Below are positions 1-7,836 of a stretch of DNA of 27,188 bases, piece by piece. This DNA is from Pseudomonadota bacterium. Its GTDB lineage: Bacteria; Bdellovibrionota_B; Oligoflexia; Oligoflexales; CAIYRB01. A program made the translations under genes and the position numbers. Under the pieces are notes generated by a model, which was given only the letters and a program-made list of their open reading frames with translations, did no database searches and was not told the origin of the DNA. Location: assembly GCA_031416315.1 (NCBI GenBank), contig JANOTL010000170.1:1-27188 (forward strand), read 5' to 3'. The stretch's first letter is position 1. Every line of letters starts with the position of its first letter.

Positions 1-55
1 GTAGCCTCCGGCCGGCCGATCCGCGTTTCCGCCCCTCCGCGCTCCTGCGGTCGTC

Positions 56-1174
56 CTAACGCAAGGTCAGCGGCGCCGGCACGCACTCGGGATAAGGCCG
101 ATCCGGATCGAACCCGTCCCAGACGTAGAGCGCGCTCGCCAGCGTGAAATACCCGTTCTCGCACACCACGAGGTCGCCGCAGCGGTTCTCGAAGCTTTCG
201 CACGAATACGTCGCCTCCTTGCCGAAATTCGGCGAGGCCGTGCACCCCACGACCTTCGTCGTGACCCTCCCGAGCGTCGAATCGACGGTGAGCGCCGTTG
301 CGCAAAGCTGCGAGGTGTTATCGGTGTAGCTCGCGTCCGCATGCATACGCTTCAGATAGCTGAAGGGCTCGAGATCCTCGCTCAACGTGGGGCCGGCGGT
401 ATCCGCCGGAAATCCGCGCTCGGCCACCGTCGCGCAGCGGATCGAAAGCTGCGGCGGCCGGCTCGTCGTCGCCAGCGCGTAGCGACAGTGGACGGAGTCG
501 GCGATCTTCAGCGGATAAATGGCCTGATCGGCCCGATCGATCGAGATCACGTCGAAAATCACGTTGTCGCCGCTCGTCGCCGCGTCGCGGCGGGCGCGCG
601 CCTTGAAGAGGGCGACGGTCGTCCCGTTCTTCGCGAGCGTCACGAGCGCGTTCGAAGGATCCGTGGCGTCGAGACGCGATGGCGCGACTTGGTTCGCGGG
701 CGCTGCGGAGTTTTCGGGGAAAGCGACGAAGCGCGAGGCGAGACGCGGGTCCAAGGTCGCCGGTTTCTTCCCGGCGCAGACGGCCTCAATGTCTTTCTTC
801 GTTGCGTCGTCGACGGCCTTGGGGGCTTTGGCCTTCAAGGCGGCCGCGGTCTTGTCGCCGTGGCATTCGCAGTAAGGCGCCCACGCCGCGCGCGCCGCGT
901 CGCCTTCCGCGACGCCCTCGAAGCAGGCTTCGGTGGCGCCGAACGCGACTTCCGCCCAGTCGATCGGTTCGAACGGCTCCGAGAGGGGAGGGGGCGGCGC
1001 GACCTCGTCGGCTTCGTCCTCGTCCTCACCCGCGTCGCCAGGGTCCGTCACTGGCGCGCCCGGTACGGCGGGCGGCCGCTGCGGCCGAAGCCGCCGCGTG
1101 TTCTTCACCTCGGTCTGACAGCCCAGAGGGCTGCCGACGATCAGTGCGGCGAGGACGAGCGGGATGGGGCGCAT
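56..1174 (-). CDS. Hypothetical Cys-rich lipoprotein with acidic/Pro-rich linker and a CxCH motif
   Basis: 372 aa ORF. Signal peptide ends in a lipobox-like PLGC, followed by a Pro/acidic linker (DAGEDEDEADEVAPPPP) and 12 further Cys. The segment GDAARAAWAPYCECHGD resembles a cytochrome c N-terminus. Confidence 0.75.
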   Translation of the reverse strand: MRPIPLVLAALIVGSPLGCQTEVKNTRRLRPQRPPAVPGAPVTDPGDAGEDEDEADEVAPPPPLSEPFEPIDWAEVAFGATEACFEGVAEGDAARAAWAPYCECHGDKTAAALKAKAPKAVDDATKKDIEAVCAGKKPATLDPRLASRFVAFPENSAAPANQVAPSRLDATDPSNALVTLAKNGTTVALFKARARRDAATSGDNVIFDVISIDRADQAIYPLKIADSVHCRYALATTSRPPQLSIRCATVAERGFPADTAGPTLSEDLEPFSYLKRMHADASYTDNTSQLCATALTVDSTLGRVTTKVVGCTASPNFGKEATYSCESFENRCGDLVVCENGYFTLASALYVWDGFDPDRPYPECVPAPLTLR

Positions 1175-1180
1175 GCGCTC

Positions 1181-1210
1181 AGCGTAGCATCAGGGGGCCA
1201 GTTGCTACAA
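1181..1210 (-). promoter_or_regulatory. Putative sigma70 promoter for a leaderless transcript of the 56..1174 gene
   Basis: Minus strand reads TTGTAG-18 nt-TACGCT with an extended -10 TG. The ATG lies 6 nt downstream and there is no SD. Confidence 0.4.
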
Positions 1211-1244
1211 GGGTTCAGAGGCCGCCCAGCTATGATGTTCCTGT

Positions 1245-2441
1245 TTAGTCCACGACCACTTCTTTTTCCGGCTTGGCGACCCGCTTCGTGCCGGAGTACA
1301 GGTCGAAGATCAAAAGTTTGCACGGAATCGCGCCGTTGAGCAGCGGGATCTTGCGCGTCGGCTTCAGGCCGATCGCTTTGAACGGTGAATCCTCGGCGGC
1401 GAGGAGCGCGGCGCGCCAACCGGAGAACTGCTTCTTCAGCGTGTCGCCGATCTCCTTGTAGAGGGTCTCGAGGTCGGGGCTGCCCTTTTCCAGGCGCTCC
1501 CCGTAAGGCAGGTTCGCGACGAGGATGCCGGTCGGCGCGGGCGCCGTCTGGTCCTGGAAGCGCATGGTGTCGAACTCCATGTCCTTCTCGACGCGGGCAC
1601 GCAGGGCGTTGGCGCGCGCCATCTCGACGAAGCGCGGGGCGATGTCGGTGGCGATAACTTTGGCCGCGGGCTGGGCTAAGCGCTCGAGACGGACTTCATC
1701 CTGCACCTCTCGCCACATCTTGTGGTCGAACTCTTTCAGCCACTCGAACAGAAACTCGCCCTTTTTGCGGTGGATCTGTGGCGCTTTGTGCAGCGCCATG
1801 AAGGCGCCTTCGATCGCGATCGTGCCGCTGCCGCACATCGGGTCGAGGAGGGTTTGCGTGCCGTCGTAGCCCGCGTAGCGCAAGATAGCGGCAGCCAGCG
1901 TTTCCTTCACCGGAGCCGGGTGGCCATCCAAGCGGTAGCCGCGCTTATGGAGCGCTTTGCCGCAGGTGTCGAAGGAGAGCATGCAGCGACCGTTCCGCAC
2001 GAAGGCGACGATCACGACCTTGGGCTCTTTGAGATCGACCTTCGGGATCTTCCCAAGCTGGTTCATGAAGGCGTCTTGCAAGCCTTCCCGTACCGCTTTT
2101 GAAATCTCGTTCGAGGTCATGCAGCCAGGACCGCGGTCGCCGGCGACGCCTTCGATCAGGTAGCCGCGCTCGACGGCGAAGAGCTCCGACCAATGGACGC
2201 GACGCGCTTGAGAGCGCAGCATCTCCGGGGTCTTGGCGGCGACGTCTTTGATGACGCGCAGGATGCGGCTCGCCGTGGCGAGCTTGAGGTGGGCCTCGTA
2301 GAAGACGCGCGCGTCGGCTTCGAAATGCACGGCGCGGTACGAAGGCTCCGGCCTGGTGGCACCGAGCGCTAAAAGCTCGGCCGTCAGGACGTCCTTGGTT
2401 TCTTCGGGACAAGTGGCGATGAGATGCAGGGGTTCAGACAT
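1245..2441 (-). CDS. rlmL: THUMP-domain class I SAM-dependent rRNA methyltransferase (stand-alone RlmL-like)
   Basis: Start trimmed to the ATG at 2441 (MSEPLHLIATCP), because the longer ORF overlaps the divergent gene. Motifs LHKRGYR, APVKETLAAAIL, LLDPMCGSGTIAIE and NLPYGERL are typical of the RlmL/UPF0020 family. Confidence 0.88.
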   Translation of the reverse strand: MSEPLHLIATCPEETKDVLTAELLALGATRPEPSYRAVHFEADARVFYEAHLKLATASRILRVIKDVAAKTPEMLRSQARRVHWSELFAVERGYLIEGVAGDRGPGCMTSNEISKAVREGLQDAFMNQLGKIPKVDLKEPKVVIVAFVRNGRCMLSFDTCGKALHKRGYRLDGHPAPVKETLAAAILRYAGYDGTQTLLDPMCGSGTIAIEGAFMALHKAPQIHRKKGEFLFEWLKEFDHKMWREVQDEVRLERLAQPAAKVIATDIAPRFVEMARANALRARVEKDMEFDTMRFQDQTAPAPTGILVANLPYGERLEKGSPDLETLYKEIGDTLKKQFSGWRAALLAAEDSPFKAIGLKPTRKIPLLNGAIPCKLLIFDLYSGTKRVAKPEKEVVVD

Positions 2442-2501
2442 GGGCGCGCAATCTCGCAGATCCTTCGGACAGGTACAAGCCGGAGGGGGTATAGTCTCGG
2501 A

Positions 2502-3620
2502 ATGAAACGGAATATTCTTATCGCTGGCTGCCTCCTCGCGGGCCTCGCGTCCGAATCCGAGGCAAGGTTCCTGGAAAACGACGCCGACCGGCTCGATCCG
2601 GAGGAGCGGCTCAGCACGGAGTATTACAACGATCTCGTGAGCTATCGGGCCCCGGCCGGCTGGGCCGCGCTCTGGGAAGGCCATGATGTCGGCGTGCGCC
2701 TCAATGCCGGAAGCCTCAACATCAACCGTTTCGCCTACGCCGAGGACGTGAAGCTCGCCACGCCGCGTGATGGCGCCGTCCGCTTCGGCTTCGCGTCGGC
2801 GCGCCGGGAGGACTACCTGGAGCAAAGGACCGAGCGCGAGCTGCGCGTCGACGGCACGATCCTCCCGGGCCTGCGCCTCGTCGGGCTCGCCGACGGCAGC
2901 GCGCTCAAGGAATTCGGGGATCTCGGTCTCGGCGTCGAGGCGAGCCCGATCGCGGACCTATGGATCGCCCTGAGCTACTGGTCCGTCGATCACTACTACA
3001 TGTCGAAGAAGGCCGAGGCCGTCGACGAGCGCGACGGGCGCGCCGGCAGTCTCGTGCTCGCGGCGAAGACGTCCTATTTCGAGCTGCGCTATGAGCGCGA
3101 TCAGCCGTTCACTTGGAAGCTCCGTAGCCGGGGTTACGACTACACGTATTCGCGCAGCATCGCCCACGCGGTCGTAAAGACGCCGTGGGTCGATCTCGCC
3201 ACCGATCTGGAATGGAAGGCCGAGGCCTTCGCCGAGGCGGCGCGCACGCGGAGCTTGGTGCGCACCGTCGCGGTCCACGAAGCGACGCGCCGACTGAGCT
3301 CCGTAGAAGTCGGCGCGCAATGGATCGAACGCCGCGCCGCCTATCGCCAGCATGCGCTCGCGGCATCATGGCGTGAGGAAGCGGCGATCTTCGCGACCCA
3401 CGCGGGCGTGGTCCAATCCGGCTTGTTCGCCAACGCCGTGCATCTGCGGGAGGACGGCAGGGATCGTCGCGAGCTGCACGTGAAGGCGCAGGCGGCGTGG
3501 GAGTACGCCTTTACCCCGAAAGCCCGCGCCTTTCTGAATTCGACTTGGGACCTGGACGAGCTGTCCCGCCGTTTTCGGCCTTGGGGCGGCGGGGATCTAC
3601 AGTTCCTCGCCGTTTTCTGA
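2502..3620 (+). CDS. Hypothetical outer-membrane beta-barrel protein
   Basis: ATG 2502 (MKRNILIAGCLLAGLASESEA) gives a Sec signal peptide. The protein has many alternating aromatic/hydrophobic strands and ends in GGGDLQFLAVF, a BAM beta-signal-like terminal Phe. Confidence 0.7.
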   Translation: MKRNILIAGCLLAGLASESEARFLENDADRLDPEERLSTEYYNDLVSYRAPAGWAALWEGHDVGVRLNAGSLNINRFAYAEDVKLATPRDGAVRFGFASARREDYLEQRTERELRVDGTILPGLRLVGLADGSALKEFGDLGLGVEASPIADLWIALSYWSVDHYYMSKKAEAVDERDGRAGSLVLAAKTSYFELRYERDQPFTWKLRSRGYDYTYSRSIAHAVVKTPWVDLATDLEWKAEAFAEAARTRSLVRTVAVHEATRRLSSVEVGAQWIERRAAYRQHALAASWREEAAIFATHAGVVQSGLFANAVHLREDGRDRRELHVKAQAAWEYAFTPKARAFLNSTWDLDELSRRFRPWGGGDLQFLAVF

Positions 3621-3626
3621 AGCGCT

Positions 3627-3959
3627 TCACTCGCCGAAGAAGCCGATGATCGTCGTATTCTCGGTCGCGGTGAGCGCCGTCCCGTTGGATGGCGGCATCG
3701 TCTGGGCTTTCACCCGAGCCAGGGCATTCGACTTCTTGAAGTTCGCCTCGGTCACATCTTTGTAACTAGGCGAGAACGTGCCGTCGTGACACCCAGCCGT
3801 CGCGCATTTCGCTTTGACGATCGGTGCGACGTCGGTGAAGGCGACGGTGCCGGTGCCAGCGCCGCCGCCGCCGGTGGACTCCTTCTCGTCCGAGCCGCAT
3901 GCGGCGAAGATGCCGATCATCAACGCAGTGGCCGCGACGAAGCCGAATTGGAAACGCAT
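3627..3959 (-). CDS. Small c-type cytochrome lipoprotein (CX4CH motif)
   Basis: ATG 3959 is preceded by a GAGGAG SD. Features: lipobox FAAC, Gly-rich linker, VAFTDVAPIVKAKCATAGCH, a distal MPP (candidate Met ligand) and a C-terminal helix LTATENTTIIGF. Confidence 0.8.
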   Translation of the reverse strand: MRFQFGFVAATALMIGIFAACGSDEKESTGGGGAGTGTVAFTDVAPIVKAKCATAGCHDGTFSPSYKDVTEANFKKSNALARVKAQTMPPSNGTALTATENTTIIGFFGE

Positions 3960-4025
3960 GCGATCTCCTCTGGGAATGCCTCCCATTCGGAACCCGCGGG
4001 CGAAGCTTGAATTGGCGCTTTCGGC

Positions 4026-4063
4026 AAAAAGAGCGCGGCCCGAGAGCAATGCTCGCGGGCCGC
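4026..4063 (-). terminator. Putative intrinsic terminator of fkpA
   Basis: 12-bp stem with one mismatch (4035-4063, loop 4048-4050), followed on the minus strand by GCTCTTTTT. Confidence 0.55.
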
Positions 4064-4088
4064 TTCGTGCCTCGGACGGCGGGCGCGC

Positions 4089-4931
4089 TTACTTTTTGGC
4101 GGGCGCGTTCGGGGCCGGCGCTGCGGCGGCGGCCGCGGCGTGCGGGTCGGACTTCGGCGCTGCTGCTGCGGCGGCGTGCGGGTCGGACTTCGGAGCGGCG
4201 GCGCCCGGAGCTTCCGGCTTCTTCTCTTCCTTCTTCTCGATCGTCACGAGCTCGACCTCGAAGTGAAGAGTGGAGTTGGGACCGATCTGGTCGCCAGCGC
4301 CGCGCTCGCCGTAGGCGAGATCGCTCGGGATCCAGAGCTCGTACTTCGAGCCCGGCTTCATCATCTGGAGCGCTTCCGTCCAGCCCTTGATGACGCCATT
4401 GACGGCGAACGTCGCCGGCTTGTTGCGCTTGTAGGAGCTGTCGAACTCGGTGCCGTCGAGGAGCGTGCCCTTGTAGTTGACGCTGACGGTGTCGGTCGCT
4501 TGCGGCGCGGTGCCCGTGCCGTCCTTCAGCACTTTGTACTGCAGGCCGCTGGCCGTCGTCTTGACGCCCGTTTTTTTGGCGTTCTCGGCGAGGAAGGCCT
4601 TGCCGGCGCCGACGTTCTTCTCGCCTTCGGCTTTGGCTTTCGCCTCCGCCTTGGTTTGCAGGTTTTTCTGGAAGTCCATCATCAGCTTCTGCGAGTCTTC
4701 CGGGGACAGCTGGGACTTGGTGCCCGCCATCGCTTCCTTCATCGCCGCCTGCATCAGGGCGAGGTCGATCTCGATGCCGTCGCGCTTGAAGTTCGTACCG
4801 ATCTGGTAGCCGATCATGTACGCGATTTTGTCTTGGTCGGTCTTCAACTGCACTTGGGCCAGGGCGACGCCGCTGAGGCTCACCACGGCGGCGGCGGCGA
4901 CGAGTGTTTTGAAGGCTAGGTCGAGGCGCAT
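4089..4931 (-). CDS. fkpA: Periplasmic FKBP-type peptidyl-prolyl isomerase (FkpA/Mip family)
   Basis: Signal peptide; FKBP_N dimerisation domain (DKIAYMIGYQIG); FKBP domain (VNYKGTLLDGTEFDSS, VIKGWTEAL, IPSDLAYG, STLHFEVEL). ATG 4931 has a GGAG SD; GTG 4934 is an alternative start. Confidence 0.95.
   Translation of the reverse strand: MRLDLAFKTLVAAAAVVSLSGVALAQVQLKTDQDKIAYMIGYQIGTNFKRDGIEIDLALMQAAMKEAMAGTKSQLSPEDSQKLMMDFQKNLQTKAEAKAKAEGEKNVGAGKAFLAENAKKTGVKTTASGLQYKVLKDGTGTAPQATDTVSVNYKGTLLDGTEFDSSYKRNKPATFAVNGVIKGWTEALQMMKPGSKYELWIPSDLAYGERGAGDQIGPNSTLHFEVELVTIEKKEEKKPEAPGAAAPKSDPHAAAAAAPKSDPHAAAAAAAPAPNAPAKK
4135..4193. repeat. Intragenic tandem duplication (36-bp period) encoding PKSDPHAAAAAA twice
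   Basis: Exact 23-mer gcggcgtgcgggtcggacttcgg at 4135-4157 and 4171-4193. Confidence 0.9.
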
Positions 4932-5064
4932 CACGGCTCCATCTATACGATATGGGGAACGATTTCCCGTGGAGCCAAAAAGCTAGCAGAAAGCCCGGGG
5001 CCCTGCTACAAGTCCTTCACTTAAATCGGACACCCATTTCAGCCATCTTCCGCCTGGGGAATGC

Positions 5065-6336
5065 ATGAAACTCGCAAAGTCGCTTGCCGCTGCATCCGTC
5101 GCCGTCGCGCTTCTTTCTAGCGCTGCCCAAGCCAAGGACCGTGTCGTCTTCCGCGGCGCCAAGACGGCCAAAAAGGACGAGCGCAAGCGGATCGACTTCG
5201 GGCTGACGGAAGCCCAGAAAAAGGCCATTTTCGACCTCTCGGGCGGCAGCGTCGATTTCCGCGAGCTCTATTTCGAAGACAGCGACTCGCCCGCTCGCAC
5301 GCGCGAGCTGATGCAGCGCGAAGGCTTCGACACCGTCATCAAGAGCGGCGTCCTTCCCCCGCTGGCGTTCACGCCGGATCCGGAGCTTTCCGGACAGTGG
5401 TGGATCGAGCGCCTCAAGGCGCCCTCGGCTTGGGGCCAAAGCCTCTCGGGCGCGGGCGTGACCTTGGCGGATTGCGACGCCGGCTACCATCACGACGAGC
5501 CGGACTTGAAGCCAAACATGTTGCTCGAGCATGCCTACGACTTGGCCGACAAAGACGCGCCGTTCGTCGTCAACGACGGCTACTGGGCGTTCCACGGTAC
5601 GGCCGTCGCCGCGATCATCGCCGGCGTGCACGACGAATCCGGCACCAACGGCATCGCCTACGGCGCGAAGCTCGTGCCCCTGCAGAACTTCAACTACGAC
5701 GGTGCCGTCGACGACCTTGACAAGGAGGAAGCGACCGCGCGCTGCGTGCTTCGCGCCATCACGATCCAGGGCGTAAACGTCGTGGTCCTAGAAAACCAGA
5801 CCTCCGGCGGCTCTTCGGAGACCTTCGCCGGCACGCGTGAAGCGGTGAAGCTGGCGCAGCTCGCCGGCATCACGATCGTCTCCGCCGCGGGCAACTACTC
5901 GACCGAGCTGACGGCCGAGCGCGACGAGGACACGGGCTCGATCATCGTCGGCGCCTTGGGCGAGGACGGCAAGAAGGCCGACTTCAGCAACTTCGGCGAG
6001 CGCATCACCATCGCCGCCTTCGGCGAGAATCTGCACACCCTCCTCGGTCCGAACGGCGAGATGGGCGACTTCGGCGGCACCTCCGGCGCCACGCCGCAAG
6101 TCGCGGCCGCGGTCGCTCTCATGCTCGAGGCCAATCCGGCGCTGACGCCGGCGCAAGTCCGCACGGCGCTCGAGACCTCCCGCGTCGTGACGCGCGGCGA
6201 GAACGACACCGTCGGAGGCCTGCTCGACATCGAAGCCGCCGTCAGCGCCGCGCGCGCCCTCGGCCGCGATGACGAGAAGCTTTCGGCCCAGCGCGCCGTG
6301 CTGGCGAAGTTGCACGAAATTCTCGGGACGCACTGA
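5065..6336 (+). CDS. Secreted S8 family serine peptidase (subtilase)
   Basis: Signal peptide (..AAQA). Catalytic Asp region LADCDAG, His in FHGTAVA, oxyanion Asn in SAAGN, Ser in GTSGATPQVA. Confidence 0.93.
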   Translation: MKLAKSLAAASVAVALLSSAAQAKDRVVFRGAKTAKKDERKRIDFGLTEAQKKAIFDLSGGSVDFRELYFEDSDSPARTRELMQREGFDTVIKSGVLPPLAFTPDPELSGQWWIERLKAPSAWGQSLSGAGVTLADCDAGYHHDEPDLKPNMLLEHAYDLADKDAPFVVNDGYWAFHGTAVAAIIAGVHDESGTNGIAYGAKLVPLQNFNYDGAVDDLDKEEATARCVLRAITIQGVNVVVLENQTSGGSSETFAGTREAVKLAQLAGITIVSAAGNYSTELTAERDEDTGSIIVGALGEDGKKADFSNFGERITIAAFGENLHTLLGPNGEMGDFGGTSGATPQVAAAVALMLEANPALTPAQVRTALETSRVVTRGENDTVGGLLDIEAAVSAARALGRDDEKLSAQRAVLAKLHEILGTH

Positions 6337-6357
6337 TCCGCTCCCGCGTTCTAATGC

Positions 6358-6389
6358 ACCCGCCGCCCGCCAGGTCGGCGGGTTTTTTT
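6358..6389 (+). terminator. Intrinsic terminator after the subtilase gene
   Basis: Stem acccgccg (6358-6365) / cggcgggt (6376-6383), running into a T7 tract (6383-6389). Confidence 0.85.
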
Positions 6390-6399
6390 CAGTGATTCC

Positions 6400-6444
6400 A
6401 ATAAATTAAATCCCTAGACGCCCCCGTCCTCCAGCCGCTATTGT
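6400..6444 (+). promoter_or_regulatory. Putative sigma70 promoter of the allantoin operon
   Basis: AT-rich UP-like tract (aataaattaaat), then TAGACG (6415-6420), an 18-nt spacer and TATTGT (6439-6444). Confidence 0.4.
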
Positions 6445-6477
6445 CTTGATAATCTTCACGATTCCAGGACCTTCCCT

Positions 6478-7836
6478 TTGAGCATCTCGACCGCGCGCCG
6501 GTTTGCCGTCGTCAGCCGCCGCCTTGTCCTACCCGGCGGCGAGCGGGACGGCGCCGTGCTCGTCGAGGACGGTCGCATCGCGGCCATCCTGTCGCGGCAG
6601 GAGTTGCCAACGACCGTGCCGGTCTACGATGCCGGCACGCTCGCCGTGCTCCCCGGAATCGTCGACACGCACGTGCACGTGAACGAGCCCGGGCGCACCG
6701 ACTGGGAAGGCTACGAGACCGCGACACGCGCCGCCGCGGCCGGGGGCATCACCACGATCGTGGACATGCCGCTCAATTGCATTCCCGTCACGACCTCCGT
6801 AAAGGCCTTCGAGACGAAGCTCGCCGCGCTCGCCGAGGGGCGGAAGCTCACCGTCGACTGCGGCTTCTATGGCGGCTTCGTGCCGGGCAACGAGGACGAG
6901 CTCGAGCCGCTCGTGAAGCGCGGCGTCCTCGGCTTCAAATCCTTCATGGTGCACTCCGGAATCGACGAGTTCCCGAACGTCACCGCTAAGGACTTAGACC
7001 GCGGCCTGCCGCTCCTCGCGCGCGCGGGCGTTCCCCTCCTCTTACATGCGGAGCTGGAATTGCCGGGGGCGCCGACGGCCGGCACCACCTTTGCCAGCTA
7101 TGTGGCCTCGCGCCCCAAAGAATGGGAGAACGCGGCCGTTCGTCTCGCCGTCGAGAAGTGCCGCGCCACCGGCGCGCGCGTGCACATCGTACACCTGTCC
7201 TCGGCGGAGGCGGTGCCGATCCTCCAGGAAGCGCGCCGCGCCGGCGTGCGCATCAGCGCGGAGACCTGTCCGCACTACCTCACGTTCACGGCGGAGGAGG
7301 TCAAGGACGGTGACACGCGCTTCAAATGCTCGCCGCCGATCCGCGAGAAGGACAACCGCGAGGCGCTCTGGCGCTCGCTGGAATCCAGCGCGATCGACTT
7401 CGTCGTCTCCGATCATTCTCCCTGCGCGCCGCACCTGAAGCTTCCCGAGCGCGGCGACTTCGACAAAGCTTGGGGCGGCATCTCTGGCCTGCAGTTCGGC
7501 TTGGCCAGCGTGTGGACGACGGCGCGCGAGCGCGGCGTCTCGCTTGCGACCGTGGCGAAATGGATGGCCGAAGGTCCCGCGCAGATGGTCGGGCTCGGCG
7601 GGCGGAAAGGCGCGCTCGTTCCCGGCGCGGACGCCGACATGGTCGTCTTCGACCCCGACAAGCGGCACGCGATCTCCAAAGACCGCATCGAGCATCGCCA
7701 CAAGGTGACGCCTTACGAGTCGCGCCCGATGGTCGGCGCGGTCGAAGCGACCTTCCTGCGCGGCATCCTGGTCTTCGAGCGCGGCGTCTTCCCGCGCCTC
7801 GGCACCGGCCAACCCCTTCTTCGAGAGGCCCCGTGA
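6478..7836 (+). CDS. allB: Allantoinase (amidohydrolase superfamily)
   Basis: PGIVDTHVHVNEPGRTDWEG, GITTIVDMPLNCIP, carboxylated-Lys site GFKSF, HIVHLSS, ETCPHYL, FKCSPPIR, SDHSPC, AWGGISGLQ. The TTG start is uncertain. Confidence 0.95.
   Translation: MSISTARRFAVVSRRLVLPGGERDGAVLVEDGRIAAILSRQELPTTVPVYDAGTLAVLPGIVDTHVHVNEPGRTDWEGYETATRAAAAGGITTIVDMPLNCIPVTTSVKAFETKLAALAEGRKLTVDCGFYGGFVPGNEDELEPLVKRGVLGFKSFMVHSGIDEFPNVTAKDLDRGLPLLARAGVPLLLHAELELPGAPTAGTTFASYVASRPKEWENAAVRLAVEKCRATGARVHIVHLSSAEAVPILQEARRAGVRISAETCPHYLTFTAEEVKDGDTRFKCSPPIREKDNREALWRSLESSAIDFVVSDHSPCAPHLKLPERGDFDKAWGGISGLQFGLASVWTTARERGVSLATVAKWMAEGPAQMVGLGGRKGALVPGADADMVVFDPDKRHAISKDRIEHRHKVTPYESRPMVGAVEATFLRGILVFERGVFPRLGTGQPLLREAP

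Noticed and set aside
1503..1514. NLPY instead of NPPY in the rRNA methyltransferase
   Set aside because: A minor motif IV variant with all other motifs intact; not evidence of a new activity.
2442..2825. 128-aa N-terminal extension of the RlmL-like ORF
   Set aside because: It overlaps the divergent beta-barrel gene; family similarity starts at MSEPLHLIATCP (2441).
4120..4200. 36-bp periodic repeat as a possible CRISPR remnant
   Set aside because: Only two copies, in frame within fkpA, with no unique spacers and no cas genes.
6394..6466. gattcca direct repeat around the allB promoter as an operator
   Set aside because: Only 7 bp in two copies, not seen upstream of puuD, and no regulator gene in the window; insufficient support.
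7326..7832. Long N-terminal extension of the allantoicase ORF (likewise 10676-10981 for phoD and 25007-25177 for the DUF6265-like gene)
   Set aside because: These extensions lie inside upstream genes. The true starts are the stop/start overlaps at 7833, 10982 and 25178, so they are not fusions or frameshifts.
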